Of a stretch of 64,000 bases of DNA, positions 1-8,769 are shown piece after piece (within the stretch, counting starts at the first letter, position 1; every line of letters begins with the position of its first letter). The notes beneath the pieces were generated by a model that saw only the letters and a program-made list of their open reading frames with translations, made no database searches and had not been told where the DNA came from. Made by a program: the position numbers and the translations under genes. Source of the stretch: Leptolyngbyaceae cyanobacterium (GTDB lineage: Bacteria; Cyanobacteriota; Cyanobacteriia; Phormidesmidales; Phormidesmidaceae); assembly GCA_965263355.1 (NCBI GenBank), contig CBDHHL010000032.1, positions 1,536,001 to 1,600,000 on the forward strand. Direction: 5' to 3'.

Positions 1-22
1 CCACAGTGGAACAAATCAAGGA

Positions 23-1945
23 CTATGAACCAACAACGCCACCATTTTTCCGCGTGATCACGATGGTGCTATCGCGAGGGATAGTCACACCATCGGTGGA
101 AGCGGGGAAGTTGGTAAGTGTGGGATCACCGTTACCGGGGTGCTGGGTGTTAGTGAACAGGTTCTTGCGGTTAGGAGTCACTGCGATACCAGTGATCTCG
201 TCACCAGCAACACCTGTAAACAAACGGCGAATCTCACCAGTGGCAGGGTCAGCTACCAACAGCTGGTTGTTTAGACCCTTCTTCTGGCCACCGTCAGTAC
301 CGATGAACAGACGACCATCGGAGTCTGCCCACAGTGCATCAGGATCGCTGAATGTGGTCTCATCACCCTCTTCGTGAGTCTCTTCAGCAATGAACGGAAT
401 AGTCCAAGTGAAGGTGGTACCCACATGGTTGTCGCCATCTACCATACGTAGAATGTGACCATCGGGATTAGGCGCTAGAGGACTACCAGGACCAACTTCC
501 TCACGACGACTGTTGTTAGTAAGTGCCCAGAAGATAGAACCGTCAGGAGCAACGGTAGTCCACTCGGGACGATCCATGGGAGTTGCACCTAAAATGTCAG
601 CTGCAACACGAGCGAAGACAAGAATTTCACCCTGATCCTTGAAGTGGGCCTTCAGAGCAGGGTTTTTGATGGTCAGCTCAAGCCACTCGCCAGTGCCATC
701 TTCGTTGAACTTAGCAACGTAGAGCTTACCAAAGTCAAAGGGACTAATGCCACGGGCACGCATGGAGCGCCAGCTAGCCTGGGAAACAAACTTGTAGCAG
801 TAGTCAAAGCGCTGGTCATCACCCATGTAACCAACAGCACGACCGCCAGCACCAGTAGCAAATGCAAAGCCCTCATGCTTAAAGCGACCTAAAGCAGTAC
901 GCTTAACAGCTTTCTTGGAGCCATCGTAGGGATCGATTTCAACAATCCAGCCAAAGCGGTGCTGCTCGTTTGCATACTGGGAACTGGACAGGTCAAAGCG
1001 AGGATCATACTTTTCCCAACCGTAGCCAAAACCAGTAGGGCCGAAACCATAGCGCTCCTGCTCTTCAGTGGGTACCCAAGTACCCACTTCAGTGTCGGGG
1101 TTAAAGGTGCTGTCACCAAAGTAACCGTTGAAGTTCTCTTCGCAAGTTAGGTAAGTACCCCAAGGAGTGTAACCGTTACCGCAGTTGTTTACAGTACCTT
1201 GGAAAGCGTTGTTAGCAGCGTTCTTAAGCAAAGGATGATTCGCTGCAGGCCCGCTGAACTCAACCTCAGTGTTGACGTGGATGCGACGAGCGTTGGCGCT
1301 AGCAATACGTTCCCACTTGCCAGTATCACGCTTTGTGATTTCAACAACAGAAACACCGTGGGCATGCTGGGAAAGACGAACATCTTCCAAGCTCTCAGGT
1401 GCGTCCTTACCCAATACATGGCTGTTGCGACCAAATTCGTGGTTTACGCACAGCATACCTCGAGTATTGCTGGTGCCATTCTTGCCGAAGAACCAGATAC
1501 CGTCGTGACCGATACCGACCATCTCAGCTTGCTCAGCAGCAGTAGGACGAGTATTGGGGTTACCAGTGTACTCAGGACCACCAGGCTGAATGGACGTACC
1601 CCAAGGAATTAGGGCCTGATATTCATACTCTGGAGAGATTCTGGGTTCAGCTAGATTGGTATCGTCGGGAGTTGCTGTAATCGCATCGGCAATTTTTACC
1701 GCTGTGAAACCTAGCAAACCGCTAGTTTGAGCTAGCAGAGTACCACCAATACCGCCAGTTACTTGGCTAGTGGCAGCAGCAACACCTTTCGCCAACAAAC
1801 TTTCACCAATGAATGCGCCCATAAAGCCAGTGGCTGACAACACAGCACTGCGCTTAAGCAAATTGCGGCGAGACAGACTAGCTTTCATAACGTCCTCAAA
1901 GGGACGATTATTAGATCGATTACAAACTTCGTTGTCGTGAGACAT
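23..1945 (-). CDS. phoX: PhoX-family alkaline phosphatase, Tat-exported
   Basis: Twin-arginine leader (SRRNLLK); motifs GHDG, NHE, NCGNGYTPWGTYLTCEEN, LGRFKHE, MDRPEW, QHPG; ATG at 1945 preceded by GAGGAG (ORF track starts at 1987). Confidence 0.93.
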   Translation of the reverse strand: MSHDNEVCNRSNNRPFEDVMKASLSRRNLLKRSAVLSATGFMGAFIGESLLAKGVAAATSQVTGGIGGTLLAQTSGLLGFTAVKIADAITATPDDTNLAEPRISPEYEYQALIPWGTSIQPGGPEYTGNPNTRPTAAEQAEMVGIGHDGIWFFGKNGTSNTRGMLCVNHEFGRNSHVLGKDAPESLEDVRLSQHAHGVSVVEITKRDTGKWERIASANARRIHVNTEVEFSGPAANHPLLKNAANNAFQGTVNNCGNGYTPWGTYLTCEENFNGYFGDSTFNPDTEVGTWVPTEEQERYGFGPTGFGYGWEKYDPRFDLSSSQYANEQHRFGWIVEIDPYDGSKKAVKRTALGRFKHEGFAFATGAGGRAVGYMGDDQRFDYCYKFVSQASWRSMRARGISPFDFGKLYVAKFNEDGTGEWLELTIKNPALKAHFKDQGEILVFARVAADILGATPMDRPEWTTVAPDGSIFWALTNNSRREEVGPGSPLAPNPDGHILRMVDGDNHVGTTFTWTIPFIAEETHEEGDETTFSDPDALWADSDGRLFIGTDGGQKKGLNNQLLVADPATGEIRRLFTGVAGDEITGIAVTPNRKNLFTNTQHPGNGDPTLTNFPASTDGVTIPRDSTIVITRKNGGVVGS

Positions 1946-2105
1946 TGGGATAAGATCTCCTCTCTTAGATCGTAGTTGCACTATCAACGAGCGTGAGCCG
2001 TCAACTCCTTGAAGGCTTAACCTTCAAAGCTGGCCCTCCAAAACTGGTAAGTGGCAGTTTCCTAATAAGAAGCCTTTTCTGTTAAAGACACCTTGTTGCG
2101 AAATG

Positions 2106-2654
2106 CTAATCCACAAAATCCACGTAGGACTGCGTAGTTCGACCGTCCAGTCGACCTGAGTCGAACTGCCGATCAAACTGGGCAGATATTCCTCGTGAAG
2201 CAACAGCCGTAGAGCGACGAGATGGACTGGTAGCTACCTGAGTTGGCTGCGAAGTATCGTGTCTCCGAATCAAAGCGTGCGCTCTGTAATACTTTGTCCA
2301 GGCGCTCACTTGTGAATTTTCCTGCCATTGCGTTCGAGAAACAGTGGTGGTCAAAATTGGGACAATGTCACCATTGCGACTCCCAAGCACAACAACCTCA
2401 ATCTCAGCAAGGTCAGGGTTGCTATCAAAGTAACGGTTAATCTCTTGGCTAACCATAGACTCAGCTTGACCAAATAAGTCATCACTAGAAGTCCGGCTGT
2501 AGACGGGCATTTCCAAAAGAACAGGCCCATTAGAACTAGCTACAGCTGCCTTTGAAAAACCGACCAAGGAAACGGTACCAACAAAACATGCAGCCACAGG
2601 CAAAAAGCCCAGCAGAAATCTGCTAGAGCACATAAAAAGACGATTGACCAACAT
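2106..2654 (-). CDS. Hypothetical protein with N-terminal signal-like hydrophobic segment
   Basis: 182-aa ORF co-oriented with and just upstream of phoX; hydrophobic leader ending in AVA-like site. Confidence 0.7.
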   Translation of the reverse strand: MLVNRLFMCSSRFLLGFLPVAACFVGTVSLVGFSKAAVASSNGPVLLEMPVYSRTSSDDLFGQAESMVSQEINRYFDSNPDLAEIEVVVLGSRNGDIVPILTTTVSRTQWQENSQVSAWTKYYRAHALIRRHDTSQPTQVATSPSRRSTAVASRGISAQFDRQFDSGRLDGRTTQSYVDFVD

Positions 2655-2757
2655 ATATGCTTGGCAATACTTATGTGATTAAAAATTCAGGTAGCGTCGG
2701 TTGTTGACCTAGCCCACTCATCCCCACGTCATATAGTTCCATAAACTAACTTTTTGC

Positions 2758-2797
2758 AGGTTAATGGAAGGTTAATGATAGTTTTTATGTAGTTAAA
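2758..2797 (-). promoter_or_regulatory. Candidate Pho box (SphR/PhoB-type)
   Basis: Minus strand reads TTTAACTA..TAAAAACT..ATTAACCT..ATTAACCT at 10-11 bp spacing, resembling the cyanobacterial PyTTAAPyPy(T/A) repeat, upstream of the hypothetical-phoX pair. Confidence 0.65.
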
Positions 2798-2981
2798 GAT
2801 AACCTTGTGCTCTGACTACAAAAAGGTCACAAAACGCCTTCTCTAGAGGATTTAATCCTTTAATCAAACGGATAACTTTTATGTATGATTTCTAGGTGCT
2901 TTAATGTTGTTTTTAGATTTATGCGTAAACATACGTAAATCCTAATGGCAACCGCTGCGTTTCATTACCTATGACGGCTCA

Positions 2982-4721
2982 CTAAGATTTGCGATTTTCT
3001 GAAGACGGGTGTTTGGTAAGTTTGCTGAGGCTATCGTCTGACAGCGTCACTGGTAATGGTCCCTGGGGTAGATGGATATCTCTCTGGGGAAAGGGAATTT
3101 CGATGCCGACTTTACGAAAGGCGGTGGCGATCGCAAAATTTAAATCGCTACGAATCTTGGGATACAGCTTAGGTTCACGAATCCACACCAGCAGTTCAAA
3201 CTCCATGGAGTTTTCACCAAAGCGCATCAAAAATACTTCCGGGGCCGGCGCTGCCATGACCTCGGAATGCTCACGACCCACTTCCAACAAAACCGCTTTT
3301 ACGATGTCTGGGTTGCTACTGTAAGCCACTCCTATGGGAATATGGATGCGTGAAAGGGGATTGCGATGGCTCCAGTTAATCACATCCTGCTCTAGAAACC
3401 GTGAGTTAGGCACAATAATCGAAACCTGATCCAGGGTACGAATGTCGGTGCTACGGGGACCAATGCGATCAACCTGCCCCATTTTTCCATCAAGTTCAAT
3501 AAAATCGCCTACCTGGATGGGGCGCTCAAACACTAGTACCAGACCACTACTAATATCTTTCGCAATATTCTGTAGCCCTAAACCAAGTCCTACACCCAGG
3601 GCACTGGCAATGAGAGTTAGGGAACTAAGGTCAATGCCCCAAAGCTGCAAAACAGCAATTATTCCGACAAACAAAATGGCATAGCGCATCAGGATGGCAA
3701 TAGCCGCTTGCATACCCAGGCTGAGGCCAGAGGCTTGTAGGAGACGCGATCGCAACACATTTGTGGAAATTTTTGCTAGCAGGATCAACGCCCCCAGCCA
3801 GCCAAGTAAAGCCAAAATGTCAGCGATGGAGAGGTTAGTTTCCCCCAGCGGTAAGGATTGCCCCACAAAAATGGACACGAGCCCGTCCTGTACTCGATTG
3901 GCCCAGGTGCGGGTGATTCGAAACTGTTTGACTACAAACAGTAAGGCCCACACCCAGAGAATTAGACGGAGCACCAGGAGTAACAACTGGGCACTAAACC
4001 GAGCCAAGGAAAATTCAGGACGGCTAAGGCCAGTATTACCGGGCTGGGGTTGCGTAACGGGGACGGGCAGGAGGGGCAAAAGGTAGCGTCGCCAAAGATT
4101 CCCTAGTAAATAGTGAAGGCCAACGGCCCCTAACAGGACGGCCAGGGAAATAACTATGGCCTGCAGTAGATAATCGCCACTGCGCTCCCGTCTCGCTTGA
4201 GCAACACCATCCTGAATCTTCTCTGCCCAATCGCTGGCCAGCTCGTCTAGCGTTTCTTCTTTAACGTTGATTGGCGGATCCATTGCCCGCAAATCATTGG
4301 CCGTAACCGACAAAAGCTGACGCCCTGTTGAGCGTGACCAGCCGTTATAAATAATCGGTGTATAGCCAGACGTATCAACTCGCAAGGATAGCGAATCTTT
4401 GGATTTTGATAGCTGCGCAATCTCCCAGTTGATGCCCTGGGCCCTTTGGGTAACCGTTAGCTCTTCGGTCTCTGCCACCTCAAATAGGCGTTGACTATCG
4501 ACCACAATCCAGGCCGTAGCAATATCCTCTTCCTGGACAATACTCTCTTGGTTCTTGCTACCCTGGGCTAGCGGCTCGGGAGAACTCAAGCAAGTCAGGC
4601 CCAGCAGCCCACTAAGCAACATGCCAATCACAAATCTACGGGCAATTTGCCAGTTTAGTTGAGACTTCCTACGATACACAATAGGATCAAAAAATCGCCT
4701 TAACACTGTCCGCCATTCCAT
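2982..4721 (-). CDS. MscS-family mechanosensitive channel with N-terminal periplasmic domain
   Basis: GLGLQNIAKDISSGLVLVFERPIQVGDFI, IIVPNS, GVAYSS, EIPFPQRD motifs; several TM helices. Confidence 0.92.
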   Translation of the reverse strand: MEWRTVLRRFFDPIVYRRKSQLNWQIARRFVIGMLLSGLLGLTCLSSPEPLAQGSKNQESIVQEEDIATAWIVVDSQRLFEVAETEELTVTQRAQGINWEIAQLSKSKDSLSLRVDTSGYTPIIYNGWSRSTGRQLLSVTANDLRAMDPPINVKEETLDELASDWAEKIQDGVAQARRERSGDYLLQAIVISLAVLLGAVGLHYLLGNLWRRYLLPLLPVPVTQPQPGNTGLSRPEFSLARFSAQLLLLVLRLILWVWALLFVVKQFRITRTWANRVQDGLVSIFVGQSLPLGETNLSIADILALLGWLGALILLAKISTNVLRSRLLQASGLSLGMQAAIAILMRYAILFVGIIAVLQLWGIDLSSLTLIASALGVGLGLGLQNIAKDISSGLVLVFERPIQVGDFIELDGKMGQVDRIGPRSTDIRTLDQVSIIVPNSRFLEQDVINWSHRNPLSRIHIPIGVAYSSNPDIVKAVLLEVGREHSEVMAAPAPEVFLMRFGENSMEFELLVWIREPKLYPKIRSDLNFAIATAFRKVGIEIPFPQRDIHLPQGPLPVTLSDDSLSKLTKHPSSENRKS

Positions 4722-4767
4722 TGAGCTTGGCCTATCCTACAGTGTTTTAACAAGACCTGTCAGACAA

Positions 4768-5442
4768 TTAGCGGAGTTTGCTCTGGCGATACTTTTGGGC
4801 AAAAAATGGCATCAGGGATAGCCCCATGAGTAGGCTTAAGCAAATGGCAACGGGCCACCATTGACCGCCTTGCAAGGCGTCTACACCGGTCACTCCTAAC
4901 CATGTGTAAGCCATGGTGCCTGGAATAATGCCAATCAGGGTACCAATGGCATAGGGGGTGACTGAAATGTTGGTCAGACCAAATAAAAAGTTCACTACAT
5001 TAAACGGTGAAATGGGCGCAAATCGTACCGCTAAAACACAGGTCAATGCCTGGTTTTCCATGGTGTGATCCAACCGTTTGAAGACACCTTGGAATCGGGG
5101 GTGCCGACAAAACCGACGCTCAAACCATTCGTGGAGTAAATAGCGAGCCAGCCAAAAGGCAACTACTGCACCAGCTGTTGCACCAATAATTGACCACAGA
5201 GTGCCCCAAAGTAATCCAAACAAAGCACCCCCTAGAACAACGAGTACAGTGCCTGGTACCCCCAGAGCGGCAGCCAACGTATGGGCACCCAAAAAAACAG
5301 GAACTTGCCAATGGCCTGCATTTTGAAGTATTTCTGTCAGTGCCTGATGATCAAATAAAAAACAAACCAATTGCCAACAACAAACCATCATTAAGGCTGC
5401 TATCAGCCACCCTAAGAATTGATGTTTCTTAAGCATGGGCAC
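4768..5442 (-). CDS. TVP38/TMEM64 (DedA/SNARE-associated) membrane protein
   Basis: GGALFGLLWGT..GATAGA, RFAPISPFNVVNFLFGLT, GIIPGT motifs. Confidence 0.9.
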   Translation of the reverse strand: MPMLKKHQFLGWLIAALMMVCCWQLVCFLFDHQALTEILQNAGHWQVPVFLGAHTLAAALGVPGTVLVVLGGALFGLLWGTLWSIIGATAGAVVAFWLARYLLHEWFERRFCRHPRFQGVFKRLDHTMENQALTCVLAVRFAPISPFNVVNFLFGLTNISVTPYAIGTLIGIIPGTMAYTWLGVTGVDALQGGQWWPVAICLSLLMGLSLMPFFAQKYRQSKLR

Positions 5443-5480
5443 TCGAAAAGGGGAAACCTCAAACAGACAGATGACAATAA

Positions 5481-5561
5481 CCTAACTTAAACCACGTCCA
5501 AGTTGAAGTCGATAGTGTCCTCTAGGTCAAAACTTCAATTCTGGGAGTGGTTTAAGTTAGG
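5481..5561. repeat. Imperfect ~30-bp inverted repeat, MITE/REP-like
   Basis: CCTAACTTAAACCAC... / ...GTGGTTTAAGTTAGG; 20 bp of the left arm recur exactly in inverted orientation at 35845-35864. Confidence 0.7.
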
Positions 5562-5566
5562 CTGAT

Positions 5567-6376
5567 TTAAGATTGAGAGGGCACACTCTCCTCAGATACG
5601 CCCTGTAGAGCATTACGGGCAATCCGAGTAATGTATACCGTGATCGCAACAACGGTGACGAAAATCAAAATCTTAATTGTCCAGTCGATAATTGGATTAG
5701 ACGGAACGTCGCCAGTGCCCAAGGTAGCCAGGTCTTTAACAAGAGAACCTAGGTACACATACATGATAGTTCCTGGAAGAATGCCTGTTGTTCCCAGAAC
5801 ATAGTCAGTTAGGGAAACTTGCGTTAAGCCTAACGCGTAATTCAATAGATTAAAGGGAAAAGCAGGGGATAAGCGAATTAAAAAGACAAGTTTTCTACCC
5901 TCTTTTGCGATCGCATCATCAATAGCTGCAAACTTTTTGTTACCTGCAATCTTGTTGGCAATCCAATCACGAGCCACATAACGTCCAATCAAAAATGCAG
6001 CCGTTGCCCCCAACATTGCCGCAACAAAAACCAGGAATGACCCCTGCACAACGCCAAAAATAAAACCCGCTCCCAGGGTGACAATTGATGCGGGTAAAAA
6101 CGCTACTGTGATGATGATATACAGAAGAATAAAGACCAGAGGAGCCCACCAGCCCAACGATTGGATCCACTCTAGGGTGTTGACCAACTGATTTTGTAAC
6201 CCTTGAAAGAAGCCGACAGAGTCACCCGTACCTTGGGCCATAGCTGGAGCCGCCGCCAGAAATAGCATACCGATAAAAGCGAATGACATAAATTTGGTCA
6301 GTAACTGGGTCAGTTTTGACAGATGCTTTGATTGATAATTTGTCAGTGAGCCAAGTATATTTCCAGAACGTTTCAT
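5567..6376 (-). CDS. TVP38/TMEM64 (DedA/SNARE-associated) membrane protein
   Basis: LGAGFIFG, GATAAFLIGRY, RLSPAFPFNLLNYALGLT, PGTIMYVYLG motifs. Confidence 0.92.
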   Translation of the reverse strand: MKRSGNILGSLTNYQSKHLSKLTQLLTKFMSFAFIGMLFLAAAPAMAQGTGDSVGFFQGLQNQLVNTLEWIQSLGWWAPLVFILLYIIITVAFLPASIVTLGAGFIFGVVQGSFLVFVAAMLGATAAFLIGRYVARDWIANKIAGNKKFAAIDDAIAKEGRKLVFLIRLSPAFPFNLLNYALGLTQVSLTDYVLGTTGILPGTIMYVYLGSLVKDLATLGTGDVPSNPIIDWTIKILIFVTVVAITVYITRIARNALQGVSEESVPSQS

Positions 6377-6445
6377 TACAGATACTCCTATGAAGTTTAC
6401 CTTGGCAAGGCATAGTTTCAGGGAGGCCCCAAACCATGCCTCGCT

Positions 6446-7447
6446 TTAGACTAACGAACCACCACAGCTAGAACCGCTGCCAGCAGTACAGCCAAAACAA
6501 TAGGGCCGGGTTTGAACTAGAGCAATCACATCCAACGTGCCCTGCTCAAGCAATGACTTGATCGTTATAGGCTGTCCTTGACCATCTAAAGCAGGTAGCC
6601 CCTCCATTTGATTAAAGTCGCAGTCATAGACCTGTCCCAGATAATCCACAGACAGTTCATTGCGACACATCAAACGCTCTACTGTGCCAGCATTGTGGTG
6701 CTGAGCTAAAAAGTTTAGATAGGGCTGATGGAGCTGACGATGAGACAGGTGAAATTTGGTGCGGCCAATGGGCAGATTTGTAATGGTAAACAGATGATTA
6801 AACTGAATCCCAAAATGCTCATTCAGGTAGGCCTTATAATCCTTCTCTAGCCCGACTTGCCCCGGGGTGAGGGAAAAGTTGTCGGAGGTGGGTACGGGGG
6901 GGTTATAAACCAGGTCAATTAACAGATGTGGATCCGTTCCATACCCTTTTTGATTCAGCAGTTGCAGGGCCTGAATAGAGTCTTGATAGACGCCCTGACC
7001 CCGCATTTTGTCGACGTTATCTTCTAAATAGCAGGGAAGTGATGCCACCACCCTGAGCTGATGTTGAGCAAAATAATCAGGTAGATCCTCATAGCCTGGT
7101 TCAAAAAAGATGGTCAAATTTGAGCGGACGATGACTTCCTTACCTTGACTGCGAGCCGCTTCCACAATGGGGCGAAACCCGTAGTTCATCTCCGGTGCCC
7201 CCCCGGTTAAGTCCACCGTTTGAAGTTGTGGAAAGCGATGAATCATCTCTACCAGCTGATCGCACACCTCGGGGGATAACTCCTCAGTGCGCTGAGGTCC
7301 AGCTTCCACATGACAGTGACTGCAGCTGAGATTGCACTTACGGCCTAAATTGATTTGTAAAACGCTGATGGTCGTTTTGGTCAATGGTTGACCTAAAGTA
7401 GCCTCAAAACTGGGTAATGTCTGTGGAACGGGAATTGACTGGACCAT
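6446..7447 (-). CDS. arsS: Arsenosugar-biosynthesis radical SAM protein ArsS
   Basis: LQINLGRKCNLSCSHCHVEAGP (CxxxCxxC), DLTGGAPE, ASLPCY, YDCDFNQM, C-terminal CFGCTAGSGSSCGG. Confidence 0.88.
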   Translation of the reverse strand: MVQSIPVPQTLPSFEATLGQPLTKTTISVLQINLGRKCNLSCSHCHVEAGPQRTEELSPEVCDQLVEMIHRFPQLQTVDLTGGAPEMNYGFRPIVEAARSQGKEVIVRSNLTIFFEPGYEDLPDYFAQHQLRVVASLPCYLEDNVDKMRGQGVYQDSIQALQLLNQKGYGTDPHLLIDLVYNPPVPTSDNFSLTPGQVGLEKDYKAYLNEHFGIQFNHLFTITNLPIGRTKFHLSHRQLHQPYLNFLAQHHNAGTVERLMCRNELSVDYLGQVYDCDFNQMEGLPALDGQGQPITIKSLLEQGTLDVIALVQTRPYCFGCTAGSGSSCGGSLV

Positions 7448-7978
7448 AGTCTAGGAAATAGATGATTTACAGAATGCAGCCGGGAAGGTTGACTTCCACG
7501 ACTGTCATTGAACGATACCTTACTGAATTTTTCCTTAGAAACTTACATATAATCGCTGAAACAGCTGATTCATTACAGGGAGGCCTAGATACCCGTTGGG
7601 TTCCTCAAAGCAACAATTCAACAACCGATGGAGATTGGACAGGGCTATTGATCCCATCCAGAAGAAACGAGTTGCAACTGAGTTGGATGATCCAGGGTTG
7701 TTATTCCAACTGTAGGAAGCTGGCATTGGATTTGTGGTTTAGGAGAATGCGTTGGGATCTACTCGCGTGATTAAGGTGCTGAACGACGGTCTCTCTAAGG
7801 CTGTAGTACTTAGGCGCAATATCTATTGCCCAGGGTTATGAGCTACTGAGTTGCAGAGAGACTAGCGGTAGAGTTCGGAGACTGTTGCAGAGTTTAGGAA
7901 ATTAAGATGACGCTGAGAGTTATCGAAGGTTATCCATAGGCCCAATGGTCTCAAGTAGGATTCTGTATCGATGAAGGG

Positions 7979-8038
7979 TACTAGCGTCAGCCATGCTTCC
8001 AGGGTTACAGGGTAAAGAGTCACTCTTCATTTTTAGGC
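7979..8038. repeat. Dispersed 60-nt non-coding element, copy 1 (possible ncRNA or cis element)
   Basis: 51/60 ungapped identity to 60967-61026 by manual alignment. Confidence 0.8.
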
Positions 8039-8341
8039 TACAGAAGCTTGATGTTGCAAAAAACGCTAATTTCCGAATGTTACTGTGTAAAAATACTGAG
8101 GCTCTTTACGTAAAATCACTGAACGTTAATAGTGGTTGGTCACCGGATGCGTAGAATCTCTAAGAATCTGATATACCCCGGTCCAATAGCTTTTAATAAG
8201 GCTTATGTTTGTCATTGAGGATAGATGCTTTTGGATTGCTCCCATTGGCTGTGCAGTGCTTCACCCTCAACTAAATCAAAGATTATGGTTGGAGTACTGC
8301 ACAGTTTTCAGATAGCAAAATCATGGTTGAAGGTAGAGATA

Positions 8342-8629
8342 ATGGTCATTAACTATTCGACTTACAACCGGGTAAAAACTGAGGTGTTTGATTCTGCTTA
8401 TTGTGGTTTCGGGGGGGCTCAGTATTTAATTCTTGGATGCCATACTTACTATCGACTGCAATTAGAGTGTGAGGCGATGGCAACTCAATCGAGTCTGCAA
8501 GAGCCTTTAATCGAGTTTCTGGGGCTTCCTATCGTTGTAGATCCTGAATCAGCGGTTCGTATAACGGTCGTTAAAGAACCCTTGCAGGCTATGAAGCAAG
8601 GGTTCCGACGTTTTGGAACCCCCGCTTAA
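8342..8629 (+). CDS. Small hypothetical protein (~95 aa)
   Basis: ATG at 8342 after AAGGTAGAG; ORF track extends it upstream to 8225; protein-like composition. Confidence 0.55.
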   Translation: MVINYSTYNRVKTEVFDSAYCGFGGAQYLILGCHTYYRLQLECEAMATQSSLQEPLIEFLGLPIVVDPESAVRITVVKEPLQAMKQGFRRFGTPA

Positions 8630-8697
8630 CGTCGCCGTATGGGAAACTCCACTTTATGGGTATCAATGCAAAGCAGGACGATTTCCTCAGTGACATA

Positions 8698-8763
8698 GAA
8701 TTCGGAGTTCGGAGTTCAGAATGCGGTCCCTTGCCGAATTCCGACTTTCAAATTCCGAATTCT
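8698..8763. repeat. STRR-like heptamer repeats arranged as an inverted repeat between convergent genes
   Basis: GAATTCGGAGTTCGGAGTTCAGAAT ... ATTCCGACTTTCAAATTCCGAATTC. Confidence 0.6.
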
Positions 8764-8769
8764 GATCCA

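Noticed and set aside
2016..2023. CTTAACCT just upstream of phoX
   Set aside because: Single half-site in the opposite orientation; not enough for a Pho box
6455..6475. Possible selenocysteine at the ArsS C-terminal SSxGG
   Set aside because: Codon is TGT (Cys), not TGA
7462..7770. Short ORFs and an ATCGCTGAA word recalling the c-di-AMP riboswitch 5' end, upstream of arsS
   Set aside because: No recognisable protein motifs; other riboswitch elements absent and strand is opposite to arsS
7920..8030. Possible small peptide MKxxSLPxxPGxMADAS on the minus strand of both 60-nt elements
   Set aside because: Differences between copies are mostly non-synonymous and stop positions differ, so there is no sign of coding constraint
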